DNA of 38,428 bases, taken from IMG/VR virus record IMGVR_UViG_3300037424_000274, positions 1 to 38,428 of that record; one strand, 5' to 3'. The notes under the pieces are model-generated. The model was not told the origin of the DNA and made no database searches. It was given only the letters and a program-made list of their open reading frames with translations. Source of the DNA: a virus (taxonomy: Duplodnaviria > Caudoviricetes). Both the position numbers and the translations under genes were made by a program. Below, piece by piece: positions 9,024-17,836 of this stretch (within the stretch, counting starts at the first letter, position 1; each line of letters starts with the position of its first letter).

Positions 9024-9968
9024 ATGGCATACGAAACTAACGCAAAAGGCATTTTATCCAGTCACTACGATGCGACAATCAAACCGGCTGGATTAGAGGC
9101 AATGGATTTCATGCTCACAAAAATGGGCGGGTCGGACGATAAAGACCTCTACGAAGACCCAACCTGGGCAAGCCGGGTGCAACTCGCCTATGACACGAAT
9201 ACGATTTGTGGCGCGTTCTGGTTTTGCGGTCCGCGTTATTGGCTGGAGCGCAGTCAAACGATGGGCGCGATTGACAAAATGACGGATGATGAGCATCCCA
9301 TTTTGGTGTTCATCCGTAAACTGTGCCAGAACAAATACTTCCACTGGTTAGATTACGACATTGAAAAGAACACCCTATACACCAGCATGGGGCAGGTGAC
9401 CGAGGTATGGGTAAAGTTCTACATGGCCGATCTTGTCCAGCGCATCCAACGCCAACAGGCAAAGGGTAATATTCGCCCGTTCAAGCATGGCATTTATTCC
9501 AGCCGTTCGTTTATGGACGGTACGCAAGTCACGCCCAACAACCCGCAAACATCTACCAATATCTACCTGGGCGTACAGCCTGATATTTACATTCATCCGG
9601 CTAATTGGCCGAGTGGGACGGGCGGAACAAAGTCACTGCTCGAACTGTCGCAAATGACGATACCCGTCACGCACATCCCTAAGTCGTTTGGCTACTGCCC
9701 AACGCGCCCGCGCACGTGGGACTTCTGGCAGGCTTATGGCGACGCGGGACAGGTGTGGAAAAGCACGGACGTTCTAACCGCAACGGGTGGGACGCGGCCG
9801 GTGTGCCTGGAGGTGTTCAACGGCACGGTTGCCGACCTGAAAGCATGGGCTGGCATCACGGTTACGCCGCCAGTGCCTCCAGTACCGCCAGCGCCAGGCG
9901 AGGTTGTTGACCTGACGGCGCGGGCTGAGATAGCCAGCGTGAAAGCGCAGTTGCAAGCAATTAGGTAA
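9024..9968 (+). CDS. Endolysin, divergent GH25 muramidase-like
   Basis: DFMLTK..G, Y.DP, GAFWF, LDYDIE (DxE), GIYS, WDFWQ, VFNG follow GH25 motif order. Pro-rich tail. Confidence 0.65.
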   Translation: MAYETNAKGILSSHYDATIKPAGLEAMDFMLTKMGGSDDKDLYEDPTWASRVQLAYDTNTICGAFWFCGPRYWLERSQTMGAIDKMTDDEHPILVFIRKLCQNKYFHWLDYDIEKNTLYTSMGQVTEVWVKFYMADLVQRIQRQQAKGNIRPFKHGIYSSRSFMDGTQVTPNNPQTSTNIYLGVQPDIYIHPANWPSGTGGTKSLLELSQMTIPVTHIPKSFGYCPTRPRTWDFWQAYGDAGQVWKSTDVLTATGGTRPVCLEVFNGTVADLKAWAGITVTPPVPPVPPAPGEVVDLTARAEIASVKAQLQAIR

Positions 9969-9989
9969 TGGCAATTGGAGGATGTGAGC

Positions 9990-11981
9990 ATGGATAGACG
10001 CAGATTGATACAGATGTTAGTAGGCGCGGGTGTGATGGGGGGCGGTAGTGGATTCAGGAAACAACTAACAGTTAATCATTCACTGATTCCAGGCGATTTG
10101 ACCAACTTCCCGGTGCTATTGTCTATAGAGACAGACGCCGATCTTGCGGCAAAGTGTAAAAGCGCGTCAGACATCCGCATAACGGATGCCAATAAAAACT
10201 TGTTGGACTATGAGATCGAACGCTTTGACCGCCACACGGGAGAATTGATATTGTGGTTCAAGGCCCCAGCTTTGAGTAGCGCGGTTGATACAAATTTCTA
10301 TCTGTGCTATGGAAATCCATCTGCGGCAAGCGAGAATGCGGCAGGTGTCTGGGATGCTAATTATATGGCCGTGCATCATTTGGCACAAACATGGAAACCA
10401 TACGCGAGCAACCCCGTTCTAACGGTAACTGGAGCGGAAACATTAGCAACCTGGGGGTCGGTGGTTATAATCGGGTCTGTCTGGCATATGTATTTTTCCT
10501 ATAATCCTGGAGGGACCGGAACCAAGAACGTAATCGGACATGCGACCAGTTCTGACGGAAAAACATGGACGCGGGACGATGACAATAACCCTATTTTGGA
10601 CGTAAGTGTCGGAAAATTTGACAGCGACAATTGCTGGCTTCCTCGTGTGTTTCTGGAAGGGGCAACCTATTATATGCTGTATTCCGGGTCTGGAAGCGGC
10701 GCTGGAACTTGTATAGGTTTGGCAACGAGCCCAGACGGAATTACATGGACAAAAGCCAACGACGGCGACCCAATTTTTACCGGGACAACCGCCGAATGGG
10801 ACGCGACAGACACAGAAATATCGTCAATTATCAAGGTGGGGGAAACGTATTATCTGTGGTACAACACGATCAGCGCCAGCCCACGGCAATCGGGGGTAGC
10901 TACTGCCACGAGTTTGTTGGGCCCGTGGACAAAAGATGTTAACAATCCAATATTTACAGGGGCAGACTTAGGGCGTTTTTGTGGCGATATTTGGAAATAT
11001 GGGGATACCTACTATTATTGCACTCCGCATTACACGTCTGGAACTGACTATGCGGAATTTGAGCTTTATCAAGATGTTGCGCCAACATTTTATAGCGAAT
11101 CAAGGGTTCCCCTGGGTGTAATCAAACGTTCTCCCCAAACAAATGGATGGGATAGACTCGATGCGGATACCCCCTGGCTGGTGACCGATGATGTTTATCG
11201 TAACACTTTTTCTGGGACGGGCGGAATGTTCTACCTTTATATGGCAGCACAGGCCAACGGGCCTGGAGCCTGGAGTATGGGGCTGTTGGTTGCAAACCCA
11301 ACTAACGCTCTAAACGCAATGGGGAAAGATTCAACCGACAACCACAATTTAGTATTTCCGGCGTCCACAAACGAAAAAATATTGCCTCCATTTATGGCGG
11401 CACAAATAGGTGGGGGTCGCGAGTTTGTGGCGACATGGAGTAATTACATATCCATGACCAAACACGCAGATTTGAATCCTGTTACTAATGGCGGTTTTGT
11501 TTGGGAGGTTTGGCTAAAGCCATACAGTGTGACCGGACAACACGAGATTTTAGAGTACCGCAACGCAGCGTCTTCGTCACAGATCATCACCCTTGTCACT
11601 ACTACAACCAGTTTGTTCGCTCAAGTACGGGGAGTTGATACGGTAAACGTGACCGGGACCGCCGATACAGCGCTAGAGATTGGAGGTTGGTACAAGGCTG
11701 GAATTTCGAGAGAATTAGACGGAAAGGTTTATATATGGCTTAATGGCGTCAAGAAATTACTTGGAACAACGACATCTGCGGTGGCCCCCGACCAGGATTT
11801 CTTTATCGGTACTGCGGTAGATGGTGGTCATGCAGTCCCAGGAAATTTATTTTTTGCGGGTATTTTGGATGAAATTAGAATTTCAAATTCTCCCCGCTCC
11901 GACGCCTGGCTACAGGCAGGTTATAACAACGAGAGTTCACCAGGGACGTTTATCGCTGTTGGTACGCAACAATCGGGATAA
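9990..11981 (+). CDS. DUF2341 + beta-propeller glycosidase-like + LamG/ConA domain protein (putative receptor-binding protein)
   Basis: LTNFPVL, DIRITD, LDYEIE, YLCYGN (DUF2341); repeated IGxATSxDGxTW/NP(V/I)(L/F) blades; GILDEIRIS...RSDAWL..YNN (LamG). Confidence 0.75.
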   Translation: MDRRRLIQMLVGAGVMGGGSGFRKQLTVNHSLIPGDLTNFPVLLSIETDADLAAKCKSASDIRITDANKNLLDYEIERFDRHTGELILWFKAPALSSAVDTNFYLCYGNPSAASENAAGVWDANYMAVHHLAQTWKPYASNPVLTVTGAETLATWGSVVIIGSVWHMYFSYNPGGTGTKNVIGHATSSDGKTWTRDDDNNPILDVSVGKFDSDNCWLPRVFLEGATYYMLYSGSGSGAGTCIGLATSPDGITWTKANDGDPIFTGTTAEWDATDTEISSIIKVGETYYLWYNTISASPRQSGVATATSLLGPWTKDVNNPIFTGADLGRFCGDIWKYGDTYYYCTPHYTSGTDYAEFELYQDVAPTFYSESRVPLGVIKRSPQTNGWDRLDADTPWLVTDDVYRNTFSGTGGMFYLYMAAQANGPGAWSMGLLVANPTNALNAMGKDSTDNHNLVFPASTNEKILPPFMAAQIGGGREFVATWSNYISMTKHADLNPVTNGGFVWEVWLKPYSVTGQHEILEYRNAASSSQIITLVTTTTSLFAQVRGVDTVNVTGTADTALEIGGWYKAGISRELDGKVYIWLNGVKKLLGTTTSAVAPDQDFFIGTAVDGGHAVPGNLFFAGILDEIRISNSPRSDAWLQAGYNNESSPGTFIAVGTQQSG

Positions 11982-12004
11982 GTCACGCAATGAAGCATTG
12001 ACCG

Positions 12005-12718
12005 ATGTTTACCACCTACCTGCCCATGATTGCCACTGACACGCCACCCGCGCCTGTAGCCAGACCGTACAAGGGGCTGGCATTCGCCGACCCGACACAC
12101 CCAGAGGACTTAGCCGCTCTCAACGTGTCCTGGTGGTACGACTGGACGCCAACCGGCCAAGTCCCTATGCTTTGGGGCGGAAGCATCAGCACGGCGATAC
12201 AGCCGGACTACGCGGGGGACCTGCTCGTGCTGAATGAGCCCAACCTTACAACGCAAGCCAGCCTGACACCCCAAGCGGCGGCGGCGCGTGTCGCTACCGT
12301 GAGGGCGTGGTATCCCAACGCGCGGCTGATAGCGGCGGGGGCGAGCGTGTTCGCTACGTCGTGGGTGGAGCAGTTCGTCAAGGCTGGCGGGCATGCTGAC
12401 GCCTGGCACGTCCACGCCTACACCGAGTTATGGATTACGCCGCCGGTAGCACAGACTTACGTGGAGATCCATCACAATATCACGGGCGGTGAATACTGGA
12501 TTACCGAGTATGGCAGCCCGGACGGAAGTCTAGCCGACTTTGCAAATATGAGCGAATGGTTTATGCGCCAGCCGTGGATTACCCGCATAGCCGCGTACAC
12601 CAACCGCCAGCCCGATGGCGTACCCTGGGGGATTGGCGCGGGCTGCGACATGGTACGCGCTGACGGCAGTCTTACGCCGATTGGAGAGTATTACAGCCAG
12701 TTACCAGCAACACGATAG
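12005..12718 (+). CDS. Glycoside hydrolase, GH128-like (clan GH-A)
   Basis: WWYDW, VPMLWG, NEP (acid/base), HVHAY, WITEYG (nucleophile). Confidence 0.8.
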   Translation: MFTTYLPMIATDTPPAPVARPYKGLAFADPTHPEDLAALNVSWWYDWTPTGQVPMLWGGSISTAIQPDYAGDLLVLNEPNLTTQASLTPQAAAARVATVRAWYPNARLIAAGASVFATSWVEQFVKAGGHADAWHVHAYTELWITPPVAQTYVEIHHNITGGEYWITEYGSPDGSLADFANMSEWFMRQPWITRIAAYTNRQPDGVPWGIGAGCDMVRADGSLTPIGEYYSQLPATR

Positions 12719-12740
12719 CCGCTCTAGGGGGGCGGCAGAA

Positions 12741-13634
12741 TTGACCAACACACAGACGCCGGAGAGAGAAGCATTTGGGCGTGCCCTAAACATTGAACAT
12801 ACAGCCGGGTACACCTACCGAGAACTAGCAATCAAATACCACAAGTCACCTGACGCGATTAAAGGACTTATTCGCACCGCAAGGATCAAGGGGACACCCG
12901 CCGAGTTTGACGCCATCCGCCTGCCAACGCCGCTAGAGTTGGCAGGTGACTTTTTGGTTGTTGGAGATGTTCACGTACCAGCGACTGACTGGAATTTCGC
13001 TCAGCTTGTCGGGCGCGTCGCTGAACACACGGGGATCAACCGCCTGATTATCGCGGGCGACTTCTTCAACTTCGACTTGTGGAGCCGGTATGACCACGTT
13101 ATCGCGCCGCCTACCTGGAAGCAGGAACGCGACGCCGCGCGGGTATTGATTGGCGATTGGCTAGAGGTGTTCGCGGAGATTTACACTATCTCGGGCAACC
13201 ACGACCAGCGCATTGCCAAATGGTCGGCGGCTGAATTCGATGAGGTGGATACATGGGGAATGGTTGCCACAAGTGGTAAATTGACGCACTCGAATTGCGG
13301 ATATTGCACGGTGAAGTCGGGCGGGCAGACCTGGCGCGTGACGCATCCGGCAAGCTATAGGCGCGGGCGGTTGTCGGTGGCGAACGAGTTAGCCAACAAG
13401 TACCAGGTGAATGTTATCAGTTTCCATGAACACCACCTGGGCAAAACTTTTGATGAGTACGGGCATTACGTGATTGTCAACGGGGGGATGCTGGCGGACG
13501 CTGAGAAGATGGCTTACGTATCAATCAATGACACGGTATCGGCTCGGATGGTGAAGGGATTTGTCGCATTGCAGAACGGGTGTGCTACTGTATACGGGGA
13601 GAGGCCGTTTACGGATTGGTCGTTTTTAGGTTGA
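12741..13634 (+). CDS. Calcineurin-like metallophosphoesterase with N-terminal HTH-like segment
   Basis: GDVHVP, AGDFFNFD, GNHD, H, FHEHH motifs. TTG start at 12741 chosen from the upstream AGGGGG. Confidence 0.8.
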   Translation: MTNTQTPEREAFGRALNIEHTAGYTYRELAIKYHKSPDAIKGLIRTARIKGTPAEFDAIRLPTPLELAGDFLVVGDVHVPATDWNFAQLVGRVAEHTGINRLIIAGDFFNFDLWSRYDHVIAPPTWKQERDAARVLIGDWLEVFAEIYTISGNHDQRIAKWSAAEFDEVDTWGMVATSGKLTHSNCGYCTVKSGGQTWRVTHPASYRRGRLSVANELANKYQVNVISFHEHHLGKTFDEYGHYVIVNGGMLADAEKMAYVSINDTVSARMVKGFVALQNGCATVYGERPFTDWSFLG

Positions 13635-13692
13635 ATTCACGGAGCGCAACTCCGTGAATTCTAGGTAATGTTTTCACTGCCAATGAAATCAT

Positions 13693-13720
13693 TTGCGAGT
13701 ATGCTACTTTGCAGTATAAT
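13693..13720 (+). promoter_or_regulatory. Sigma70-type promoter upstream of the tRNA
   Basis: TTGCGA-N16-TATAAT. Confidence 0.55.
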
Positions 13721-13784
13721 ATAAGCAGCCTCGTGTACCATGTGTACAAGGAGATCTGAAGCCCTCGGCAACGGGGGCGGATGT

Positions 13785-13856
13785 AGCGCGGTAGAGAAGT
13801 GGAATCTCGCCCGGCCCATAACCAGGAAATCGGCAGTTCGAATCTGCCCCGCGCCA
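13785..13856 (+). tRNA. tRNA-Met(CAT), initiator-like
   Basis: Acceptor AGCGCGG/CCGCGCC, D stem GAGA/TCTC, anticodon arm CCCGG-CCCATAA-CCAGG, T arm GGCAG-TTCGAAT-CTGCC. No encoded CCA. Confidence 0.88.
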
Positions 13857-14225
13857 CTATTTTACCCATTCCAGTATCGCGCCCTGATCCTCTAAAATCT
13901 TCGCCATATCCTCCAGGTGGTAAACGCCGTCCTTGCGATAGGCGGTAAATTCTTCAACCTTGCCCTGGATGCGCCGTAGCACCCGCAGGTAGACCGGCCC
14001 GCCGTCCTCAGCCTGGCAGACCATGACGTATGACTCCTTGAAGGGGTTATACCATCTCATCGCGTTGCCGTGCTGGTCGAAACAGTTACGCGCGTCGATA
14101 GCATCCTGCCCATGCTTCAGCGCATGGCTCAGGCCAATGCCAACCACGACGGAGGCAAGCATTACCACGAGCGCCCACGGGAAGCGCGGGTTACTTATCG
14201 GGCGGCACAGTGCTGTAGTTGCCAT
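13857..14225 (-). CDS. Hypothetical membrane-anchored protein
   Basis: N-terminal TM segment WALVVMLASVVVGIGL; last gene of the leftward operon. Confidence 0.65.
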   Translation of the reverse strand: MATTALCRPISNPRFPWALVVMLASVVVGIGLSHALKHGQDAIDARNCFDQHGNAMRWYNPFKESYVMVCQAEDGGPVYLRVLRRIQGKVEEFTAYRKDGVYHLEDMAKILEDQGAILEWVK

Positions 14226-14592
14226 CGTAAGCCCCCATGAGATCTTCGTAAGCTTTGCGCATTACCGCGCCTTCCTTGCTGTCCTGGTCGATGTAGTCTA
14301 TCAGGGTTGACGCCACTTCGTTGATGATGTAGCGCAGCCTCTCAGCCCCCAACGGGCTGGCGCTTATCGCGGCCTCCAGCTGGGCGACGCGGGATTCGGC
14401 GAACTCGGCGCGGGTAAGCAGGGCGGCTATTTCGCCAAGCAACTCTAGAACCATGCCGGGATTAGCGGATGCCATATAGTCCGCAACCTCATTCGGAACG
14501 GTGCTTGTTGCAAAAAACCGCGCCATAGGCATCCCAAGAACGGCGACGGCCCTTTCTCGAAGTAATGCCCTACGTGCTTCCTGCGCGGTCAT
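14191..14592 (-). CDS. Hypothetical protein (Ead/Ea22-like motif)
   Basis: ADYMASANPGMVLELLGEI motif followed by a coiled coil. Confidence 0.55.
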   Translation of the reverse strand: MTAQEARRALLRERAVAVLGMPMARFFATSTVPNEVADYMASANPGMVLELLGEIAALLTRAEFAESRVAQLEAAISASPLGAERLRYIINEVASTLIDYIDQDSKEGAVMRKAYEDLMGAYDGNYSTVPPDK

Positions 14593-14804
14593 GGCTTCAC
14601 CTCGGGCGGGGTAGGGTACTTGTATGCGTTTCCGGTCGTGACTAACAACTCTTGTGCCAGCCGTTGCGTCTCTAGCCGGGCATTGTCCATGTCGTGAATT
14701 GCGTTATAGGCGTCCTTCAATTCTGCGCGCAAGTGTGCGATCTCGTCGCGTGCCTTGCACAATTCTTTCCACTCGCCCATGCTTATAATAACGTCGTCAA
14801 TCAT
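14589..14804 (-). CDS. Hypothetical coiled-coil protein
   Basis: GAAAGGA SD before ATG 14804; ATGA overlap with the next gene. Confidence 0.6.
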   Translation of the reverse strand: MIDDVIISMGEWKELCKARDEIAHLRAELKDAYNAIHDMDNARLETQRLAQELLVTTGNAYKYPTPPEVKP

Positions 14805-14818
14805 TGTGTTTATCCTTT

Positions 14819-15175
14819 CTAATACTTCACCGTCATGCGCCAAATCGCATAACGGACAATATCCCGGTACACCTCGGGGGAGCGGTAGCCGTTCTCAACC
14901 ATTGCCACCGCGCCCCTGAACGCCCGTGCTAACTCGGGCGACGACTCAACCAGCGCGGTCATGGCCGCCATTGTCGGGCTGGACGATTCCAACTCCAACA
15001 GCGTACTCATGGGCACGGTAAGCCACTCGCTGATAGCACGCAGCGTCAGCAGGTCATACGTGCCGCCAGCCAGGACGCGGTTCAGCGTGGTGTGCGATAT
15101 GCCGATCAGACGGGCGGCCTCGCGCGCGGACAGGTTGAGGGCGTGAATGCGGTCGTTGAGCAGGGTTATGAGCAT
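14819..15175 (-). CDS. XRE-family HTH transcriptional regulator
   Basis: LSAREAARLIGISHTTLNRVLAG...TLRAISEWL. Confidence 0.8.
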   Translation of the reverse strand: MLITLLNDRIHALNLSAREAARLIGISHTTLNRVLAGGTYDLLTLRAISEWLTVPMSTLLELESSSPTMAAMTALVESSPELARAFRGAVAMVENGYRSPEVYRDIVRYAIWRMTVKY

Positions 15176-15188
15176 GGGGAGCCTTTCG

Positions 15189-15401
15189 CTAGGGTAGGGG
15201 AGGTTCCCACTTCATGCGCTCACCACAACACAGTTTTTTCGGCCAGCCGTGTCCCAGGTAATAGCCGCATTCATCGCGGGTGTAGTGTATCGTTGCACCG
15301 CATTTGTGGCAGTACAGCATTTGACCATCAGGCCAAACGTCGCCAGCGATACTTGAATGAATGTTTTTCGCGGCGTTGATGAATTCGTTTAGTTCTGGCA
15401 T
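15189..15401 (-). CDS. Small Cys-rich (Zn-finger-like) protein
   Basis: CHKCG...CCG; GAAAGGA SD before ATG 15401. Confidence 0.6.
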   Translation of the reverse strand: MPELNEFINAAKNIHSSIAGDVWPDGQMLYCHKCGATIHYTRDECGYYLGHGWPKKLCCGERMKWEPPLP

Positions 15402-15406
15402 CGTGT

Positions 15407-15865
15407 TTATCCTTTCGCATTCTTCCAAACATTGAACATGAATACCGCCAACTTTTGCCACTTCTCTAGCTCTGCTGCGATATGAACGTGATCCATTGAA
15501 TTCTGCTTATGATCGCCAAGAGCCAAGTTATCAAGCCGGTTATCTTGCTTGTCTCCATTCAGGTGACGGACAACCTCGTGCCGGTTTAGCGGTCTTCCGA
15601 TCTTGCGCGCCATAACAAGCCGGTGTTCCAGGACGTAATGAAGTTTCGTATCAGCAAGCAGCTTGTCGTAATCAGACAGCATATAAAGCGAGATGGCTCT
15701 ATAGCCCTGGATGATATGACATTCATAATCCCTTGCCGACGGTTTGGCACGATTTACGGCCAACCTTCCCCCGCATTGTCTGCCGCACGTTGTTCGATCA
15801 ATTGTTCTAGCAAAATGCGCCCTGGTTACTTCAGCACCACACACTACGCAAATCCTTGTTTCCAT
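15407..15865 (-). CDS. HNH homing endonuclease with N-terminal Zn finger
   Basis: CVVCG...TCGRQC; YVLEHRLVMARKIGRPL...VRHLNGDKQDNRLDNL. Confidence 0.85.
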   Translation of the reverse strand: METRICVVCGAEVTRAHFARTIDRTTCGRQCGGRLAVNRAKPSARDYECHIIQGYRAISLYMLSDYDKLLADTKLHYVLEHRLVMARKIGRPLNRHEVVRHLNGDKQDNRLDNLALGDHKQNSMDHVHIAAELEKWQKLAVFMFNVWKNAKG

Positions 15866-16028
15866 GATAAAGCGCCCCCAATTATCTGGCCGACGGCTGC
15901 GGTTCTCAGGCACACAGCGGGTTAGACCAAATAACGGAGGGCGCTTTACCAACAAAATCATTTGTTGCGTTGCAGCCGCTTTAAATAAAGCGCCCGCCAT
16001 GTGTGCCTGAGATAAATAAATTATATCA
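15866..16028 (-). promoter_or_regulatory. Extended -10 promoter plus structured leader RNA (element A)
   Basis: TGATATAAT; 13-bp perfect inverted repeat (15904-15916/16000-16012); 26-bp anti-SD stem (15925-15950/15866-15891). Confidence 0.75.
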
Positions 16029-16348
16029 CGAATTTCCATTTGTGCGCATCGACTTTCCGGTGGGGGAGTACCAATTATAATGTGTACAATTTGGATAAAA
16101 CTTGACGGTTTCGATAAATAACATTATGCGCACCGTTTTATTATCGCAACCATACGCCACTTTTACCATGTTCTAACTCTGTTCTAACAATTCGTTTTGG
16201 TTCGCTCCAAGTCTACAAAAATGTATACTTTGGCGCAACGTAAATATACGCGTCTATATTTTCAAAGCCAGCCGACACCTGTAAATATGTTTCAAGGGTC
16301 TCCCCTCTTTAACATCTCCCAAATCGACAAATAATACTACACGCATTG

Positions 16349-16693
16349 TTATTCGTGCCTCTCCACCAGCGCCCTCAGCACGTCCCTTGGTGGCATATCT
16401 GCCCACTTGGTAGGCGGCTTGCGCGTTGTAGTACACCGCTTGCTAATATGTACCTCCCCACACTTTGAACAGGCTGGCGCAAGTCCGTCTAGTGGCGGCA
16501 GCCCCAACACGCGGCGGTAAACAGGGTTCTTTGGGTCACGTCCATTGGCTATTGCGCTCAGGGTTCCGGCGGGGACAATTGCCCCGAGAGCCACGGAAAC
16601 AGCACGCCACGTCCCCTTTATCCTTTTCAACCGTAGCAAATCAGCACGTACCTTGTCCAGCGTTTGGACACGATTTTTAATGTATGTTGTCAT
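16349..16693 (-). CDS. Hypothetical HTH-like protein with CxxC motif
   Basis: TWRAVSVAL...AGTLSAIANGRDP; CSKCG. Start uncertain. Confidence 0.55.
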   Translation of the reverse strand: MTTYIKNRVQTLDKVRADLLRLKRIKGTWRAVSVALGAIVPAGTLSAIANGRDPKNPVYRRVLGLPPLDGLAPACSKCGEVHISKRCTTTRKPPTKWADMPPRDVLRALVERHE

Positions 16694-16742
16694 CGCCAAT
16701 ACCCCCATTTGTGCGCCCATTTACGCGCCGTCGCTGGCGTGC

Positions 16743-17306
16743 TCATGCCTTCTCCAATCCGTACATCTGCAACGCCGCCGATCTGTTGGTGAACCTTGCC
16801 GAGTATGGCCCAGCGGCTGGTTTGACGTAGCCCATGATTGACCACTGGTCGGTTAGCGCCTGGAGCCATTTGCGTTCCTTGCTGCCCTCGCCGTAATCGC
16901 GCAGGGGTGGCAGGTAGTCCTCGAACCTGCTCACGTTGTAAGCGAATAGCCAGGGCACGCGCTCGCCGTTCACTTCGATGTATCGCGGCTCAATGCCTTC
17001 CAGCGCGGGTGACAGGTGGATGCTGTTCATCAGCGCGTCAAGCTGGCCTTCGTTCAACTTTGCCAGCACCTCCAGCACGCGGACCCGCTCGGTGTAGGAC
17101 TTTGCATCAATGACGCGCACGTAATTATCTACGCCGTTGGATGCCGCCCAGTTGACGCCCAGCAGCAGGGCTGCCAAGAGGAACACAATCGCGCACAAAT
17201 AACTGGCGATGTCGAAGCCGGGGGGTAGGTGGTCCTTCGCCACGAATAGGGCAACTGCAATAACAGCAGCCAATATCGCGTGTGTGATTCTAGGTTTGTT
17301 GAACAT
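16743..17306 (-). CDS. Hypothetical membrane protein (2 TM)
   Basis: Two hydrophobic N-terminal segments; GGAGG SD. Confidence 0.7.
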   Translation of the reverse strand: MFNKPRITHAILAAVIAVALFVAKDHLPPGFDIASYLCAIVFLLAALLLGVNWAASNGVDNYVRVIDAKSYTERVRVLEVLAKLNEGQLDALMNSIHLSPALEGIEPRYIEVNGERVPWLFAYNVSRFEDYLPPLRDYGEGSKERKWLQALTDQWSIMGYVKPAAGPYSARFTNRSAALQMYGLEKA

Positions 17307-17374
17307 AATCAGACCTCCCCCACCCCATCTGAAAGCGTGCTAAATTGGATATGTCCACCGCACGCACTGTAGAA

Positions 17375-17836
17375 TTACACGTTTTTCCAGGTAGTTCCAT
17401 CTACTATACCCGAAATTGTACGACGGTGAACACTATAAATTATGGCAAGTCTTTTCCTGCTATAACCTTGTAAAAATAGCGCCTTTATTTCCCGAACGTC
17501 TTTAGTGCTCAGACGATACAGGGAATTTTTATCTCCGCACATCTTGTTGACGGAGAAGTCCCTATTTCTACCCTTTTGTATCATGTCCCTAACGTTATCC
17601 AGGTTTGTTCCCAAGAACAAATGCTCAGGGTTCACGCAGTTCCTATTGTCGCATTTGTGCAATACAAACATGGCGGGGTGTTCGTTCCATTTTAGGAACC
17701 ACGAATAACGATGCGCCTTGTATGCTTTCCCGTTTACGTGGAAGCAACCATAGCCGTCCTCGTGGGTTGCGCCCGTCCAGAACCAGCACCCATCGGTCTT
17801 GTCTACCTTGCGCCAAAATCTTTCCTCATCGTTCAT
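17375..17836 (-). CDS. HNH homing endonuclease with C-terminal HTH
   Basis: RFWRKVDKTDGCWFWTG, AHRYSW, VLHKCDNRNCVNPEHLFLGT..DN..DM. Confidence 0.92.
   Translation of the reverse strand: MNDEERFWRKVDKTDGCWFWTGATHEDGYGCFHVNGKAYKAHRYSWFLKWNEHPAMFVLHKCDNRNCVNPEHLFLGTNLDNVRDMIQKGRNRDFSVNKMCGDKNSLYRLSTKDVREIKALFLQGYSRKRLAIIYSVHRRTISGIVDGTTWKNV

Noticed and set aside
13785-13856. tRNA as an attP site
   Set aside because: It is a full-length tRNA with its own promoter, and no integrase is present.
16170-16184. LexA boxes (GTTC-N7-GTTC here; GTAC-N4-GTTC at 36278-36289)
   Set aside because: They are single short matches to different phylum-specific consensuses and could arise by chance.
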